A DNA stretch of 64,000 bases from Flavobacterium sp. (GCF_036405015.1 NZ_DASWYK010000243.1:3704-67703); one strand, 5' to 3'. Counted from the first letter of the stretch, positions 28,743 to 39,305 are shown. Notes: generated from the sequence alone by a model not told the origin. A program made the numbers and translations.

Positions 28743-30263
28743 TTACTCTTTCGTTTCTTCTACTTGTACAGTTGGAGGAACTTCAGGAGCTACATCTTCT
28801 CCTTTTAAATAAGTTGGAAGATTTAATCCTGCCATATTGAATAAGTCATTTAATGGCGGAACTGTTTTCATCATTCCAGAAACAAAGTTGGCTGTAGAGC
28901 CATTTTCGCCTTGGCCATTTCCAGAATCCCAAACCGTGATTTTGTCAATTTTGATATTTTTAACCGCTTCAACTTGAGTTTTAACCAATTCAGGAAGTTT
29001 TTCCAATAATAAAAGCTGGAATGCTTTGCTAGGATCTCCGCCTGCAGCCGCCACAACATCTTTGTAACCTTCGGCTTGTTTGGTTAAGATTTCAAATAAA
29101 CCTTTTGCTTCTGCTTCCATTTTAGCGAAAATAGCATCGGCTTCTCCTTTTGCATTTTCTCTGATGGTTTCTGCAGCAGCTTGTGCCTCGATAATTGCTC
29201 TTTGTTTAGCAATTTCAGCCGGAACTACAATGTTGGCAATTTGTGTAGAACGCTCTCTTTCAGAACGCGCCAACTCGGCTTTTTGTTCTGCAAGATAAGA
29301 TTCTTCTAATGCTTTTGCTTGTTGTACTTTTTCTGCTGCTATTGCAATACGCAAAGATTCTGCTTCTCTTTCTCTACGAATAGCTTCAGAATTGGCAATG
29401 GCAATTTTAGCCTCATTTTCTCCTTGAATCGCAATCGCATTAGCTTCAGAAGTTTTTACCCTTGTATCTCTTTCTGCTTCTGCTTTACCAATAGTTTCGT
29501 CTTTAGAAGCAGTTGCAATACTAATTTCTTTATCTTTTTGAGTAATAGCGATTTTTACGTCACGATCTCTGTGTGTTTCTGCGATTTGAGTATCTTTTTC
29601 TCTATCGGCAAGAGCTTTACCAATTTCTCCGATTTTTTCCTGCTCAGCAACACTAATTTTAGCTTCGTTGATAGCTTTTGCAGCAGCCTCTTTTCCTAAA
29701 GCTTCGATATAACCAGATTCGTCACGAATATCGGTAACGTTTACGTTGATTAACTTCAAACCGATCTTCTTCAATTCACTATCAACGTTTTTAGAAATGT
29801 TATCTAAGAATTTATCTCTGTCTGAGTTGATTTCTTCAATAGTCATTGTAGCGATAACCAAACGCAACTGACCAAATAAAATATCTTTTGCCAATTCCTG
29901 AACTTGTTCTGATGACAAACCTAACAATCTTTCAGCAGCGGTATTCATACTGTCAGATTCTGTAGAAATTGCAATAGTGAATCGACATGGAACATCAACT
30001 CGAATGTTCTGACGGCTTAATGCATTCGTTAAATTAGCTTCAATAGAAAGCGGTTTTAAATCCAGAAAAGAATAATCCTGAATAACGGGCCAGATAAAAG
30101 CACCTCCACCATGCACACATCTTGCTGAGGTTCCGCCGGTACGACCGTAAATAACTAAAATTTTATCTGAAGGACAACGTTTGTACCTCGAGATTAATGC
30201 TGAAATGGTTACGAATAGAACGATTGCCGCAACTGCAATCAAAATAATTGGGTTCATTATCAT
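28743..30263 (-). CDS. Flotillin / SPFH-domain protein
   Basis: N-terminal TM, SPFH core (GLKLINVNVTDI), long Ala/Glu coiled coil. Confidence 0.93.
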   Translation of the reverse strand: MIMNPIILIAVAAIVLFVTISALISRYKRCPSDKILVIYGRTGGTSARCVHGGGAFIWPVIQDYSFLDLKPLSIEANLTNALSRQNIRVDVPCRFTIAISTESDSMNTAAERLLGLSSEQVQELAKDILFGQLRLVIATMTIEEINSDRDKFLDNISKNVDSELKKIGLKLINVNVTDIRDESGYIEALGKEAAAKAINEAKISVAEQEKIGEIGKALADREKDTQIAETHRDRDVKIAITQKDKEISIATASKDETIGKAEAERDTRVKTSEANAIAIQGENEAKIAIANSEAIRREREAESLRIAIAAEKVQQAKALEESYLAEQKAELARSERERSTQIANIVVPAEIAKQRAIIEAQAAAETIRENAKGEADAIFAKMEAEAKGLFEILTKQAEGYKDVVAAAGGDPSKAFQLLLLEKLPELVKTQVEAVKNIKIDKITVWDSGNGQGENGSTANFVSGMMKTVPPLNDLFNMAGLNLPTYLKGEDVAPEVPPTVQVEETKE

Positions 30264-30273
30264 TGTATTTATG

Positions 30274-30837
30274 TTATATGGTTTCTACGATTAAAATATT
30301 GTTTTCGATTTTAATGACTTTTACAGCACTTCCAGACGGAATTCTGTTATTTTCAGTCATGGCTTCCAACTCATGAAAAGCGCCGTTAACGCTAATCATA
30401 ATTTTACCTTTTCCAGTTTTATTTTCTGGAATGGTCAGGTAAACTTCGGCAGTTTTATCGAGTGTATTGGTAATTTTAAAAGAATTGTCTTCGGCTAGTT
30501 TTTGTACTTGTTTAATCACGAAGAAAAACAGAAGCACAAAGAAAACTCCAACAACAAAAGCGAGCGTAATGAGAAACCAAGGCTGTTCGCCAATGGTAGA
30601 ATAGAACGAAATTCCAGTCCAGCTAAATCCTAAAAGAAAGTTGATTAGATTTCTTAAAGAAAAGAACTGAAAATCGCCTCCATCATGCAGATGTGCATCA
30701 AAATCAGTGTCAAAACCATCGGCAATGTCAAGACCCGAAAAGGTGATAATGGTTTGAATAAGAAAAATTAAACTTGTTGGAATAGCGATATACCAAAAAG
30801 ATTTAAGCAACGTAGGTAAACTTTCTAATACTTCCAT
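30274..30837 (-). CDS. NfeD-like partner of flotillin
   Basis: TM segments, FSLRNLINFLLGFSW, C-terminal OB fold VYLTIP...GKI. Confidence 0.85.
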   Translation of the reverse strand: MEVLESLPTLLKSFWYIAIPTSLIFLIQTIITFSGLDIADGFDTDFDAHLHDGGDFQFFSLRNLINFLLGFSWTGISFYSTIGEQPWFLITLAFVVGVFFVLLFFFVIKQVQKLAEDNSFKITNTLDKTAEVYLTIPENKTGKGKIMISVNGAFHELEAMTENNRIPSGSAVKVIKIENNILIVETI

Positions 30838-30938
30838 AATTGTCGGTTTTTCGAATAACTTCTGGCGCTAATATCTCATTTTTTTTGTAAGAAAACTAAT
30901 TTTAAAGAAAAATGTATGTACAGCTATTTGTAGAATGA

Positions 30939-30978
30939 AAAAAGCGTGAATCAATTGAGAAATTCAATCGATTCACGC
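30939..30978 (-). terminator. Terminator after paralogue 3
   Basis: gcgtgaatcaattga-gaaat-tcaatcgattcacgc with A5 (U-tract on minus strand). Confidence 0.8.
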
Positions 30979-31000
30979 CTGGTTTTTGATAATTTAGAAT

Positions 31001-32440
31001 TTAATCTACAAATTTTCTAATAGTATATTCTTTGGTTTTACTATCATAATACCCTAAATAATAAACAGATCCTATTTTGAATAAGGTTTGCGAAGAAACA
31101 TTTTTGTTTTCTTCAAAGAAAGTACCGATTTTATCAAATGCAAGAGGTTGTATTTCGCCTTCTACATGATTTCCATTAGTATCAATTAAACTTTCGAATT
31201 TATTTACTTTTCTGTTTTGATAAGTATTAAAACTTTCAACCGACGGACTAAACGCGATTGCTCCAATCAAAGCACCAACAAATCCGAAGTTGTTCATTAC
31301 AGCTTGGCCAGCAGTCATTTGTTCAGTAGAAATACCCCCAAAAGTCATCAAGTTGTTTTGACCAAGTTTGTAGCAAGAAAGACCTATGTAAACGTCGTTT
31401 ATTTTGTATATAAATTGAGAGGTGTTTTCTAGAGTTTTTTTGTCTCCAGCATCATTTTTCTCCTTAATTGATGATAATGGGTTTTTGAAATCAATTTTTT
31501 TACGGGAACTAGCATCGTATTCTTTTAAAGTTTTACCATCTAAATCTTTTATCGAGAAATAAAATTGATCCATTGAGGTTTTTAATTGATACAGATTATT
31601 TTCAAAATAAAATGAATTCGAACTTAAGTAAAAACGATCTCCTGTGATTACACGTTGTTTAACTGTTTTTTCGGTAATAGTAAAACTTCCTAAATCAATT
31701 GTAAAAACTTGCGTAAAATCTATGTTGGTGTCAAGTGTTATTGTGATTTGCTTTTCATTAAAATAACATTTTCTTTTTTTGGCACTATAAACAAGTGAAG
31801 TAGGATTTTTAGAATCGATTTTTAACAATGAAAAAGAACGTTCAAGTGGAGCCAAACTTTCTTTGAAAACACCGTATAAATCTGATTTTGTGTTGTCTGA
31901 TTTTAAAAAGTTTGCGCCATTTACATCAACTATTTTTTCGGAATAATTTCCATCTTTATCAAAAACATGAAGTTTGAATTGATTTCCATTTTTGAGAACA
32001 GATAAAATGTAGAAATTTCCATTTCCGCTGAAATTTTCCAGAACTTGTTCCTCTTTTAGATTAAGTGTATATTGTTGTGTAACAACTTTATGATTTGGAA
32101 TATCGTAGAACTGAGAAAATATTTGCTCATAGTTAGCAGATGACCAAAATAAACGGGTGTTATTAGTATTGATATTATAACCAAGCATGTTGTCATATAT
32201 TTTTGCATTGGGTTTTTCTGCAGAAATACTATCAACAATTTTCATGTTTTCGTTAAGTTGAATTGCCTTTATTTTGTTTTTGTCGCTAAAGAATAAAGTA
32301 ACATCTTTCTTTTCATTATTTACAACTTGAAAAATAGTAGTATTCTTTTTTAATTCAAGAGGAACAGAATTTACAATGTCTTGTGAAAAGGAAGTTAAGC
32401 TCTGTAGTAATAAATAAGTGCAGAATAGTTTTTTTAGCAT
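31001..32440 (-). CDS. Secreted hypothetical protein, paralogue 3 of 4
   Basis: Start MLKK; SNSFYFENNLYQ, PLAFDK, GYYD...RKFVD. Confidence 0.85.
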   Translation of the reverse strand: MLKKLFCTYLLLQSLTSFSQDIVNSVPLELKKNTTIFQVVNNEKKDVTLFFSDKNKIKAIQLNENMKIVDSISAEKPNAKIYDNMLGYNINTNNTRLFWSSANYEQIFSQFYDIPNHKVVTQQYTLNLKEEQVLENFSGNGNFYILSVLKNGNQFKLHVFDKDGNYSEKIVDVNGANFLKSDNTKSDLYGVFKESLAPLERSFSLLKIDSKNPTSLVYSAKKRKCYFNEKQITITLDTNIDFTQVFTIDLGSFTITEKTVKQRVITGDRFYLSSNSFYFENNLYQLKTSMDQFYFSIKDLDGKTLKEYDASSRKKIDFKNPLSSIKEKNDAGDKKTLENTSQFIYKINDVYIGLSCYKLGQNNLMTFGGISTEQMTAGQAVMNNFGFVGALIGAIAFSPSVESFNTYQNRKVNKFESLIDTNGNHVEGEIQPLAFDKIGTFFEENKNVSSQTLFKIGSVYYLGYYDSKTKEYTIRKFVD

Positions 32441-32517
32441 AATTTGAAATTTTGAATCTGTTTTTGTGATTAAAAACAGAGGTAGCATTTTGTAAAGGTT
32501 TAAAATTTGATTTTAAT

Positions 32518-33903
32518 TTAATTCACAAATTTTCTAATTGTAAATTCTTTAGCGCCGTTATTGAAATAGCCCAAATAATATGAGTCGGTACTTTTAAATA
32601 AGATTTTAGAATCAATGCTTTTATTTTCCGTTAAGAAAATCTCAACTTTATCTAACGCGATACGCTGCAAATCTCCAGGAATATGATTTCCCTGATGATC
32701 AAACAGACAATTTATTGTATTTGCTGTTTTGTCACTTGAAGAGCCAAGAGCTACAGCTGCGATACCTCCAAGAGCTCCAAAACTCATCATTGCAGCCTGA
32801 CCGATAGATGGATTTTGAGAAACCGAACTAATTGTTGTTAAGGTATTGTCATTTATATCGTAACAAGAAATTGATAATGGTGATTGATTGGAAAAAATGA
32901 AATTTCTAAAAAACGCAGTTGATGATTTATTAACCGTTCGGTTTTTGGGAGAATTTATAAAATCGATCTCGCTGTCTTTTTCTAATATGTATTCTTTAAT
33001 CAAATTATTGTTTAAATCTTTAATAGCCAGATACATCTTTTTTGAAGACATTTTGCCCTGATACAATTGATCTTTGATAAGAAACGAATTGTATTTTACA
33101 TCTGTAGTGCTAAAATTTTTAAAAGGTGGCTGTAAAAAGTTTTTCGAAGTCACCATATAAGTATTTAAATCAATATAAATGAGTTGTGTATAATTTTGAT
33201 TACTATCAAATGATATAACAATTTGATTTCCTAGTATATAACTTTTCCTTTTTTTACCAGCAATAGTTGGAGTTGTAATGGTTTCGGGTGTAATTTTGGC
33301 TAAGGAAAATTGTCCTTCATAAGGCATAAAATCTTCCAGAAAGGTATCATACAAATTCGTTCTGTGATAAAATTTCACACCGCTTAAATCGATATCTTTT
33401 ATTTCTAAATTACCCGATTCGTCAAAAACGTATAATTTGAAAATATTGCTTTTTTTGACAATGGACAACATGACGAATTTATTTCCAACAGAATAATCCT
33501 GAAGGTAAACCTCGTCTTTAAATTCTAGATTAAAAGTTTTGTCTGTGATTTTATTGTTCTTTAAATCAAAAGATTGAAATAATATTTTCTTTTTGTTTGA
33601 TGAAAAAAGTAAAGCCGTAATGTTGTCTGATGCAATACTTCCAATAATCGAAGGATAACTTTTATCTGCTTTTTCAGTAGAAGCCGAATTAATCACCTGC
33701 ATTTTTTCATCCAATTGAATGGCTTTAATCAGGTTTTCATTGTCATTAATGGCAAAGAGGGTGGTTTGTTTATTACTATCATTTAAAACTTGAAAAAAAC
33801 GACTGTTTTGGTGCGTTTCTACAGGGATAGTATTGATTATTTCCTGTGAAAATGAATGTATACCACAAAAAATAAGACCAAGAAAAATGTATTTTTTGAA
33901 CAT
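32518..33903 (-). CDS. Secreted hypothetical protein, paralogue 4 of 4
   Basis: Start MFKK; YNSF...LYQ, IALDK, YYLGYF...RKFVN. Confidence 0.85.
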   Translation of the reverse strand: MFKKYIFLGLIFCGIHSFSQEIINTIPVETHQNSRFFQVLNDSNKQTTLFAINDNENLIKAIQLDEKMQVINSASTEKADKSYPSIIGSIASDNITALLFSSNKKKILFQSFDLKNNKITDKTFNLEFKDEVYLQDYSVGNKFVMLSIVKKSNIFKLYVFDESGNLEIKDIDLSGVKFYHRTNLYDTFLEDFMPYEGQFSLAKITPETITTPTIAGKKRKSYILGNQIVISFDSNQNYTQLIYIDLNTYMVTSKNFLQPPFKNFSTTDVKYNSFLIKDQLYQGKMSSKKMYLAIKDLNNNLIKEYILEKDSEIDFINSPKNRTVNKSSTAFFRNFIFSNQSPLSISCYDINDNTLTTISSVSQNPSIGQAAMMSFGALGGIAAVALGSSSDKTANTINCLFDHQGNHIPGDLQRIALDKVEIFLTENKSIDSKILFKSTDSYYLGYFNNGAKEFTIRKFVN

Positions 33904-34027
33904 GAATAGATTTGTTTTTTCGAAAGTTTTTTCTCTTACAAAACTAAACACTTTTGGATATTATAAAAGTAAAATACCTGAAATTCAAAGTTAAATTTCA
34001 GGCATTTTTATATTAAATAGAACTAGC

Positions 34028-36163
34028 TTAGTTTACAGTAGCTCCATTAGGTGCATCAGCATCTGGATTTACGAAAACCAGTTTCCCTTCTGCATTGGTT
34101 GTCATCAAAATCATACCTTGACTTTCAACGCCGCGTAAAGCTCTTGGAGCTAAGTTCGCTAATACAGAAACTCTTTTTCCGATGATTTCTTCTGGAGAAA
34201 AACTCTCAGCAATTCCCGAAACAATGGTACGAACATCGATTCCAGTATCTACTTTCAAAACTAAAAGTTTATTTGCTTTTGGCATTTTTTCAGCTTCTAA
34301 AATAGTTCCGATACGGATATCCATTTTGGCGAAATCCTCAAACTGAATTAAATCTTTTTGCGGTTCTGCTTGTTTGTTTTCAGCCAGATTTGCTGTTTTA
34401 GTTGCTTCCAATTTATCTATTTGTTTTTGTATTTCTTCGTCTTCGATTTTAGCGAAAAGCAATTCTGCTTCACCAATTTTGTGTCCTGCTGGCAATAAAT
34501 CTGAATGCTCAGAAATATCATTCCAACCTAATGTTTTATCCAAAACAACATCTGTAGAACCAGGGTGATTTAGTTGCAAATACTTACTGAATCCTTTAAA
34601 GTGTTCTTTCAAATCACCTAAATTCAAGATTCTTGACAATTTAGCAGCTGTAAACGGTAAAAATGGTTCAGCCAAAACACTTAAAGCAGCTGCAATTTGT
34701 AAAGCTACATACATTTGAGTTTTTACACGCTCTGGATTGTCTTTCATTACTTTCCAAGGCTCTTCGTCTGCCAAATATTTATTTCCTAAACGAGCGACAT
34801 TCATTAATTCGCCTAAAGCTTCACGGAATCTGTAACGCTCAACCGAACTTGCAATTACTGCTGGATACGCTTTTAATTCGTTTAAAGTAGCTTCGTCAAT
34901 TTCTGTCAATTCGTTTGGAGTCGGGATTACACCATCGTAATATTTGTTGGTTAAAACCACAACACGATTTACGAAGTTTCCGAAAACGGCAACCAATTCG
35001 TTGTTATTTCTAGCCTGGAAATCTTTCCAAGTAAAATCATTATCTTTTGTTTCAGGTGCATTTGATGTTAAAGCGTAACGCAAAACATCTTGCTTGTCTG
35101 GGAATTCTTCTAAATATTCGTGCAACCAAACTGCCCAGTTTTTAGAAGTCGAAAGTTTATTTCCTTCCAAATTCAAGAACTCGTTTGCTGGAACGTTGTC
35201 TGGTAAAATATAGCTTCCTTCAGCTTTTAACATCGCTGGGAAAATGATACAGTGGAAAACAATATTGTCTTTTCCGATAAAGTGAACCAATTTCGTTTCT
35301 TCATCTTTCCAATACGGTTCCCAATCTTTTCCTTCGCGTGCAGCCCATTCTTTTGTAGAAGAAATGTAACCAATTGGTGCATCAAACCAAACATAAAGTT
35401 TTTTGCCTTCAGCACCTTCAACTGGAACATCAATTCCCCAATCTAAGTCACGAGTTACGGCGCGAGGTTCTAATCCTGCATCGATCCAAGATTTTACTTG
35501 TCCATAAACATTGGTTTTCCAGTCGTTTTTATGTCCAACTAAAATCCACTCAGTTAAGAAATCAGAATATCTGTCTAAAGGTAAAAACCAGTGTTTTGTT
35601 TCTTTAAGAATTGGAGTTTCTCCAGTAATTGTCGATTTTGGATTGATCAAATCTGTCGCATTCAAAGTAGATCCGCATTTTTCGCATTGATCTCCATAAG
35701 CTTCCGGATTATCACATTTCGGACAAGTACCTACCACAAAACGATCTGCCAAAAACTGATTTGCTTTTGCATCGTACAATTGTTCAGTTACTTCTTCGAT
35801 AAAATCGCCTTTATCATATAATGTTCTAAAGAATTCCGAAGCCGTATCATGATGAATTTTAGCCGAAGTTCTTGAGTAATTATTGAATGAAATTCCGAAA
35901 TCTTCAAACGATTTGCGGATAATTCCATCATATTTATCAATAACCTGTTGTGGTGTAACTCCTTCTTTTTTGGCTTTCATAGAGATTGCAACCCCGTGTT
36001 CATCGCTTCCGCAAATAAATGCTACATCTTTTCCTTGCAATCTTAAATATCTCGAATATATATCTGCAGGCACGTAAACCCCAGCCAAGTGACCAATATG
36101 GATAGGTCCGTTGGTGTAAGGCAATGCCGCCGTGATTGTATATCTCTTTGGATTCTGTGTCAT
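34028..36163 (-). CDS. metG: Methionyl-tRNA synthetase
   Basis: ALPYTNG, HIGH, Zn knuckle CPKC..CEKC, KLSTS, C-terminal tRNA-binding domain; start MTQNPK. Confidence 0.98.
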   Translation of the reverse strand: MTQNPKRYTITAALPYTNGPIHIGHLAGVYVPADIYSRYLRLQGKDVAFICGSDEHGVAISMKAKKEGVTPQQVIDKYDGIIRKSFEDFGISFNNYSRTSAKIHHDTASEFFRTLYDKGDFIEEVTEQLYDAKANQFLADRFVVGTCPKCDNPEAYGDQCEKCGSTLNATDLINPKSTITGETPILKETKHWFLPLDRYSDFLTEWILVGHKNDWKTNVYGQVKSWIDAGLEPRAVTRDLDWGIDVPVEGAEGKKLYVWFDAPIGYISSTKEWAAREGKDWEPYWKDEETKLVHFIGKDNIVFHCIIFPAMLKAEGSYILPDNVPANEFLNLEGNKLSTSKNWAVWLHEYLEEFPDKQDVLRYALTSNAPETKDNDFTWKDFQARNNNELVAVFGNFVNRVVVLTNKYYDGVIPTPNELTEIDEATLNELKAYPAVIASSVERYRFREALGELMNVARLGNKYLADEEPWKVMKDNPERVKTQMYVALQIAAALSVLAEPFLPFTAAKLSRILNLGDLKEHFKGFSKYLQLNHPGSTDVVLDKTLGWNDISEHSDLLPAGHKIGEAELLFAKIEDEEIQKQIDKLEATKTANLAENKQAEPQKDLIQFEDFAKMDIRIGTILEAEKMPKANKLLVLKVDTGIDVRTIVSGIAESFSPEEIIGKRVSVLANLAPRALRGVESQGMILMTTNAEGKLVFVNPDADAPNGATVN

Positions 36164-36181
36164 TATATGAATTTTAGAGTG

Positions 36182-36189
36182 CAAAAATA
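36182..36189 (-). promoter_or_regulatory. metG -7 promoter element
   Basis: TATTTTTG on minus strand 18 nt upstream of ATG (TAnnTTTG consensus). Confidence 0.65.
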
Positions 36190-36295
36190 AGCAATAGAAT
36201 TGAGATTTTAATATTACACAGAGATGCGTGGAGGATTTTTCGCAGAGATTCGCTAAGTTTTTTTTTGAATTTGGTTCTCGCAATGTCTAAAAGGT

Positions 36296-36455
36296 TTACG
36301 CAGAGAACGCAAAGATGTATTTTATTAAAGATTAAGAAGATCTAAATATTGAGTTCGCTAAGCTGTATTTACACAAAGCTTTGTGAACTTTTCATTTTGT
36401 AAAAACTCAAAAAAACTTCGTGCTCTTTGCGTAAATCTTTGCGTTCTCTGCGTAA
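36296..36455. repeat. CTTTGCG-family inverted pair (21-bp perfect arms)
   Basis: ttacgcagagaacgcaaagat (36296-36316) / atctttgcgttctctgcgtaa (36435-36455). Confidence 0.9.
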
Positions 36456-36527
36456 TTAACCCAACAAAATTTTCCTCAATTAAAACCTTATGGTCTTTTT
36501 GACTATATTTGAAGAAAATATCAAAAC

Positions 36528-38027
36528 ATGAAAAAAATATATCTAACTTTTTTAATACTGTTTTCGTTTTGTGGATATTCTCAATCGCAATCAGCAGAAA
36601 ATCTAAAACAAGGACAATATTCCAATCCGATTTTTGCGGGTGATTATCCCGATCCGAGTTTACTGCGCGATGGAAAAGATTATTATGTCGTGCATTCTTC
36701 TTTTGATTATTATCCCGGACTTTTGATTTGGCATTCTACCGATTTAATGAATTGGGAACCTGTAACCAATGCACTTCATAAATATGTTGGAGCAGTTTGG
36801 GCGCCCGATTTAATCAAATACAACAATAAATATTACATCTATTTTCCTGCCAATAATACCAATTTTGTCGTTACGGCAGATTCTATAAATGGTCCATGGA
36901 GCGAACCTGTAGATTTGAAAATCGGAAATATTGATCCGGGACATGTTACTGACGATAAAGGAAACCGCTTTTTATATTTCAGCAATGGAGGTTATGTAGC
37001 GTTATCCAAAGACGGACTTTCTGTAACCAGCGAATTAAAACATGTTTATGACGGATGGAAAATTCCGAGCGAATGGAGTATTGAATGTTTTTGTATGGAA
37101 GGGCCAAAATTATTCAAGCGAGGAGAATATTATTATTTGACGGTTGCCGAAGGTGGAACTGCTGGCCCAGCAACAAGTCATATGGTTATTTCGGCAAGAT
37201 CAAAATCGCCTTTTGGACCTTGGGAAAACTCACCTCATAATCCGATTGTGAGAACGAATAGCAGTTCTGAAACTTGGTGGTCTAAAGGTCACAGCACCGT
37301 TTTTGAAGATGTAAACGGAAAATGGTGGATGATTTTTCACGGCTATGAAAAAGATTATTACAATTTAGGACGTCAGACTTTGTTACAACCAGTTGAATGG
37401 ACAAAAGACGGTTGGTATAAAATTCCTGATAACATACAGACCGATAAACCAATTAAAAAACCAGAAGGGAAAACACTTCCTGAATTTTCTTTAAGTGACA
37501 ATTTTGCTGGTTCGGCTCTTAAACCGCAATGGAAGTTTTATAGTGGAGTAGAAAGCTCAAGATTTAAAGTTGCCAATAATACTTTGACTATTCAAGGAAA
37601 AGGCGATGGAGTAGGAAACAGTTCTCCGCTTGTTGTGGTTCCAGGTGGACATTCGTATTCTGCTGAGGTTGAAATGGAAATTGAAGGCGATGCAACTGGA
37701 GGTTTGGTACTTTTTTATGACAACAAATACTATTCTGGAATTCTGGCCGATCAAAACAATATTTTGGCAAATTTGAGAGGTTGGCAATTTCCAACAGAGA
37801 AAAATACACATACGCGAAAAGTCTTTCTTAAACTAAAAAATATCAAAAATACCGTCGACATGTTTTACAGCATTGATGGAAAAGACTGGAAGAAAATCGA
37901 AAACTCGGTAGAAGTTTCAGGATATAATCATAACGTTTTGAGTGGTTTCTTAGGATTAAGAATTGGTTTGTGTTCTTTCGGAAAAGGAAGTGTCAAGTTT
38001 AAAAATTTCGTTTATAAGACACTATAG
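36528..38027 (+). CDS. Secreted GH43 glycoside hydrolase (beta-xylosidase/arabinofuranosidase-like)
   Basis: NPIFAGDYPDPS, VWAPD, IDPG, MEGP; C-terminal beta-sandwich. Confidence 0.93.
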   Translation: MKKIYLTFLILFSFCGYSQSQSAENLKQGQYSNPIFAGDYPDPSLLRDGKDYYVVHSSFDYYPGLLIWHSTDLMNWEPVTNALHKYVGAVWAPDLIKYNNKYYIYFPANNTNFVVTADSINGPWSEPVDLKIGNIDPGHVTDDKGNRFLYFSNGGYVALSKDGLSVTSELKHVYDGWKIPSEWSIECFCMEGPKLFKRGEYYYLTVAEGGTAGPATSHMVISARSKSPFGPWENSPHNPIVRTNSSSETWWSKGHSTVFEDVNGKWWMIFHGYEKDYYNLGRQTLLQPVEWTKDGWYKIPDNIQTDKPIKKPEGKTLPEFSLSDNFAGSALKPQWKFYSGVESSRFKVANNTLTIQGKGDGVGNSSPLVVVPGGHSYSAEVEMEIEGDATGGLVLFYDNKYYSGILADQNNILANLRGWQFPTEKNTHTRKVFLKLKNIKNTVDMFYSIDGKDWKKIENSVEVSGYNHNVLSGFLGLRIGLCSFGKGSVKFKNFVYKTL

Positions 38028-38038
38028 TTTTTTTTGCT

Positions 38039-38184
38039 GCTAAGGCACTAAGGCGCAAAGTTTTATTGTTTCACGCAGATTTTTAAAGATTTAGGCAGAT
38101 CATGCAGATCACTTGTTTGAGAAATTTCGATTTATATTCTTCGATTCTTAATAAAAAAACTTTGTGCCTTAGCGTCTTCGTGGC
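38039..38184. repeat. Imperfect inverted pair of 8-nt-period arms with another family's arm inside
   Basis: gctaaggcactaaggcgcaaagtttt / aaaactttgtgccttagcgtcttcgtggc; gcagat units at about 38071-38110. Confidence 0.75.
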
Positions 38185-38280
38185 AAAAACACACATAAAA
38201 TAGAACCAGTTTAAACTACGTTTCCCGCTTATAAATGAGAATATATTTCGCAATCTTTGCATCCGAAAAAAACAAAATTT

Positions 38281-38508
38281 ATGAGCAAGACTAAATTAAT
38301 CATCAATAAAAACGGTTCTATCAAGATCGAAGGAGATTTTGAAATCATGGATCCAGAAGGAGCGCTTTACGGTTTACAAGGAAGATCTGCACTAGGACTT
38401 TGTCGTTGCGGATTATCAAATAACAAACCATTCTGCGACGGAGGTCACAGAAACAATTTCGAACACGATTCAGTTGCGTTCGATTTACCACCAATGAAAA
38501 CGAACTAA
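38281..38508 (+). CDS. CDGSH iron-sulfur domain protein
   Basis: LCRCGLSNNKPFCDGGH. Confidence 0.93.
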   Translation: MSKTKLIINKNGSIKIEGDFEIMDPEGALYGLQGRSALGLCRCGLSNNKPFCDGGHRNNFEHDSVAFDLPPMKTN

Positions 38509-38561
38509 TAAGTTTTCTAGTTTTAAATAATTTAAACCGCATTCTGCCAGATGCGGTTTTT

Positions 38562-39305
38562 TTATATCTTTTTTAGTTGAGGTTTTACTTTTTCAAAAAA
38601 AACTTTGTAATCATTTTTATATTCCGGCTTAGTAATTCTTGAAAAACCACAGTTCTCAAAACAGATTCTTAAGTAATTGATAAAATAAGTATCGTTTTCT
38701 TCATATAAAAAAGGAGCATCAATACTTTTGTTAGGAGTAATTTGAAGTGAGTAAGAAGGTCCGCCGCTAATATCGTCTTTATGAAAATAATCTCTTGAAA
38801 GATCTAACGACGTAAAACCATCTTCATTATAGCTATCTTCAAGGAATTCAAGATTATCAGCATTTGCTACTTGAGAAACAAGATCATCCAGACTTATAAT
38901 TTCAATAGGGTCAGCACAATCCCAGATAAAATTATAATTAGTGTCGTAATCCCAACCAAAATTACAAGCCCCAACAATTTTATAAAACATTTTTAAGGAT
39001 TCTGGAACATAACCAAAAGGCTCAACTAAATTTTCAAGTTTGTCTAATAATTGATTTGTATTAGAAAGAGGTTTTACCAATGGACAGTCAGAATTAAATT
39101 TAAAGCTGGTTTTAAAAAGATAGTTTATATCGGTAAGTTCTTTATAAATAACATTCAGATTATATGAAACTCTTTCAAAAGTTTCTATTAATACTTTTTC
39201 AATATCAATAATATTCTCGGTTAGAAATGCCTTTTCTCCTAATTTATGAATGTCATCATAAACTTCTTTGGTTTCACCATTTAAATATCTCTCGTAAAAT
39301 GTCAT
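38562..39305 (-). CDS. Hypothetical protein (possibly SUKH/SMI1-KNR4-like)
   Basis: YVPESLKMFYKIVG, HKDDISGGPSY, FINYLRICF. Confidence 0.65.
   Translation of the reverse strand: MTFYERYLNGETKEVYDDIHKLGEKAFLTENIIDIEKVLIETFERVSYNLNVIYKELTDINYLFKTSFKFNSDCPLVKPLSNTNQLLDKLENLVEPFGYVPESLKMFYKIVGACNFGWDYDTNYNFIWDCADPIEIISLDDLVSQVANADNLEFLEDSYNEDGFTSLDLSRDYFHKDDISGGPSYSLQITPNKSIDAPFLYEENDTYFINYLRICFENCGFSRITKPEYKNDYKVFFEKVKPQLKKI

Noticed and set aside
13491-36283. N-terminal extensions in the ORF track (AlkZ, exonuclease, HAD, metG and others)
   Set aside because: They start inside repeats or promoters; the exonuclease and HAD extensions both begin MNSW because they read the same repeat arm
36164-36527. 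SAM or T-box riboswitch upstream of metG
   Set aside because: Leader is very short and the rest of the gap is explained by repeat arms
36528-38027. Polysaccharide utilisation locus around GH43
   Set aside because: No susC/susD or sensor-regulator genes nearby; a solitary CAZyme
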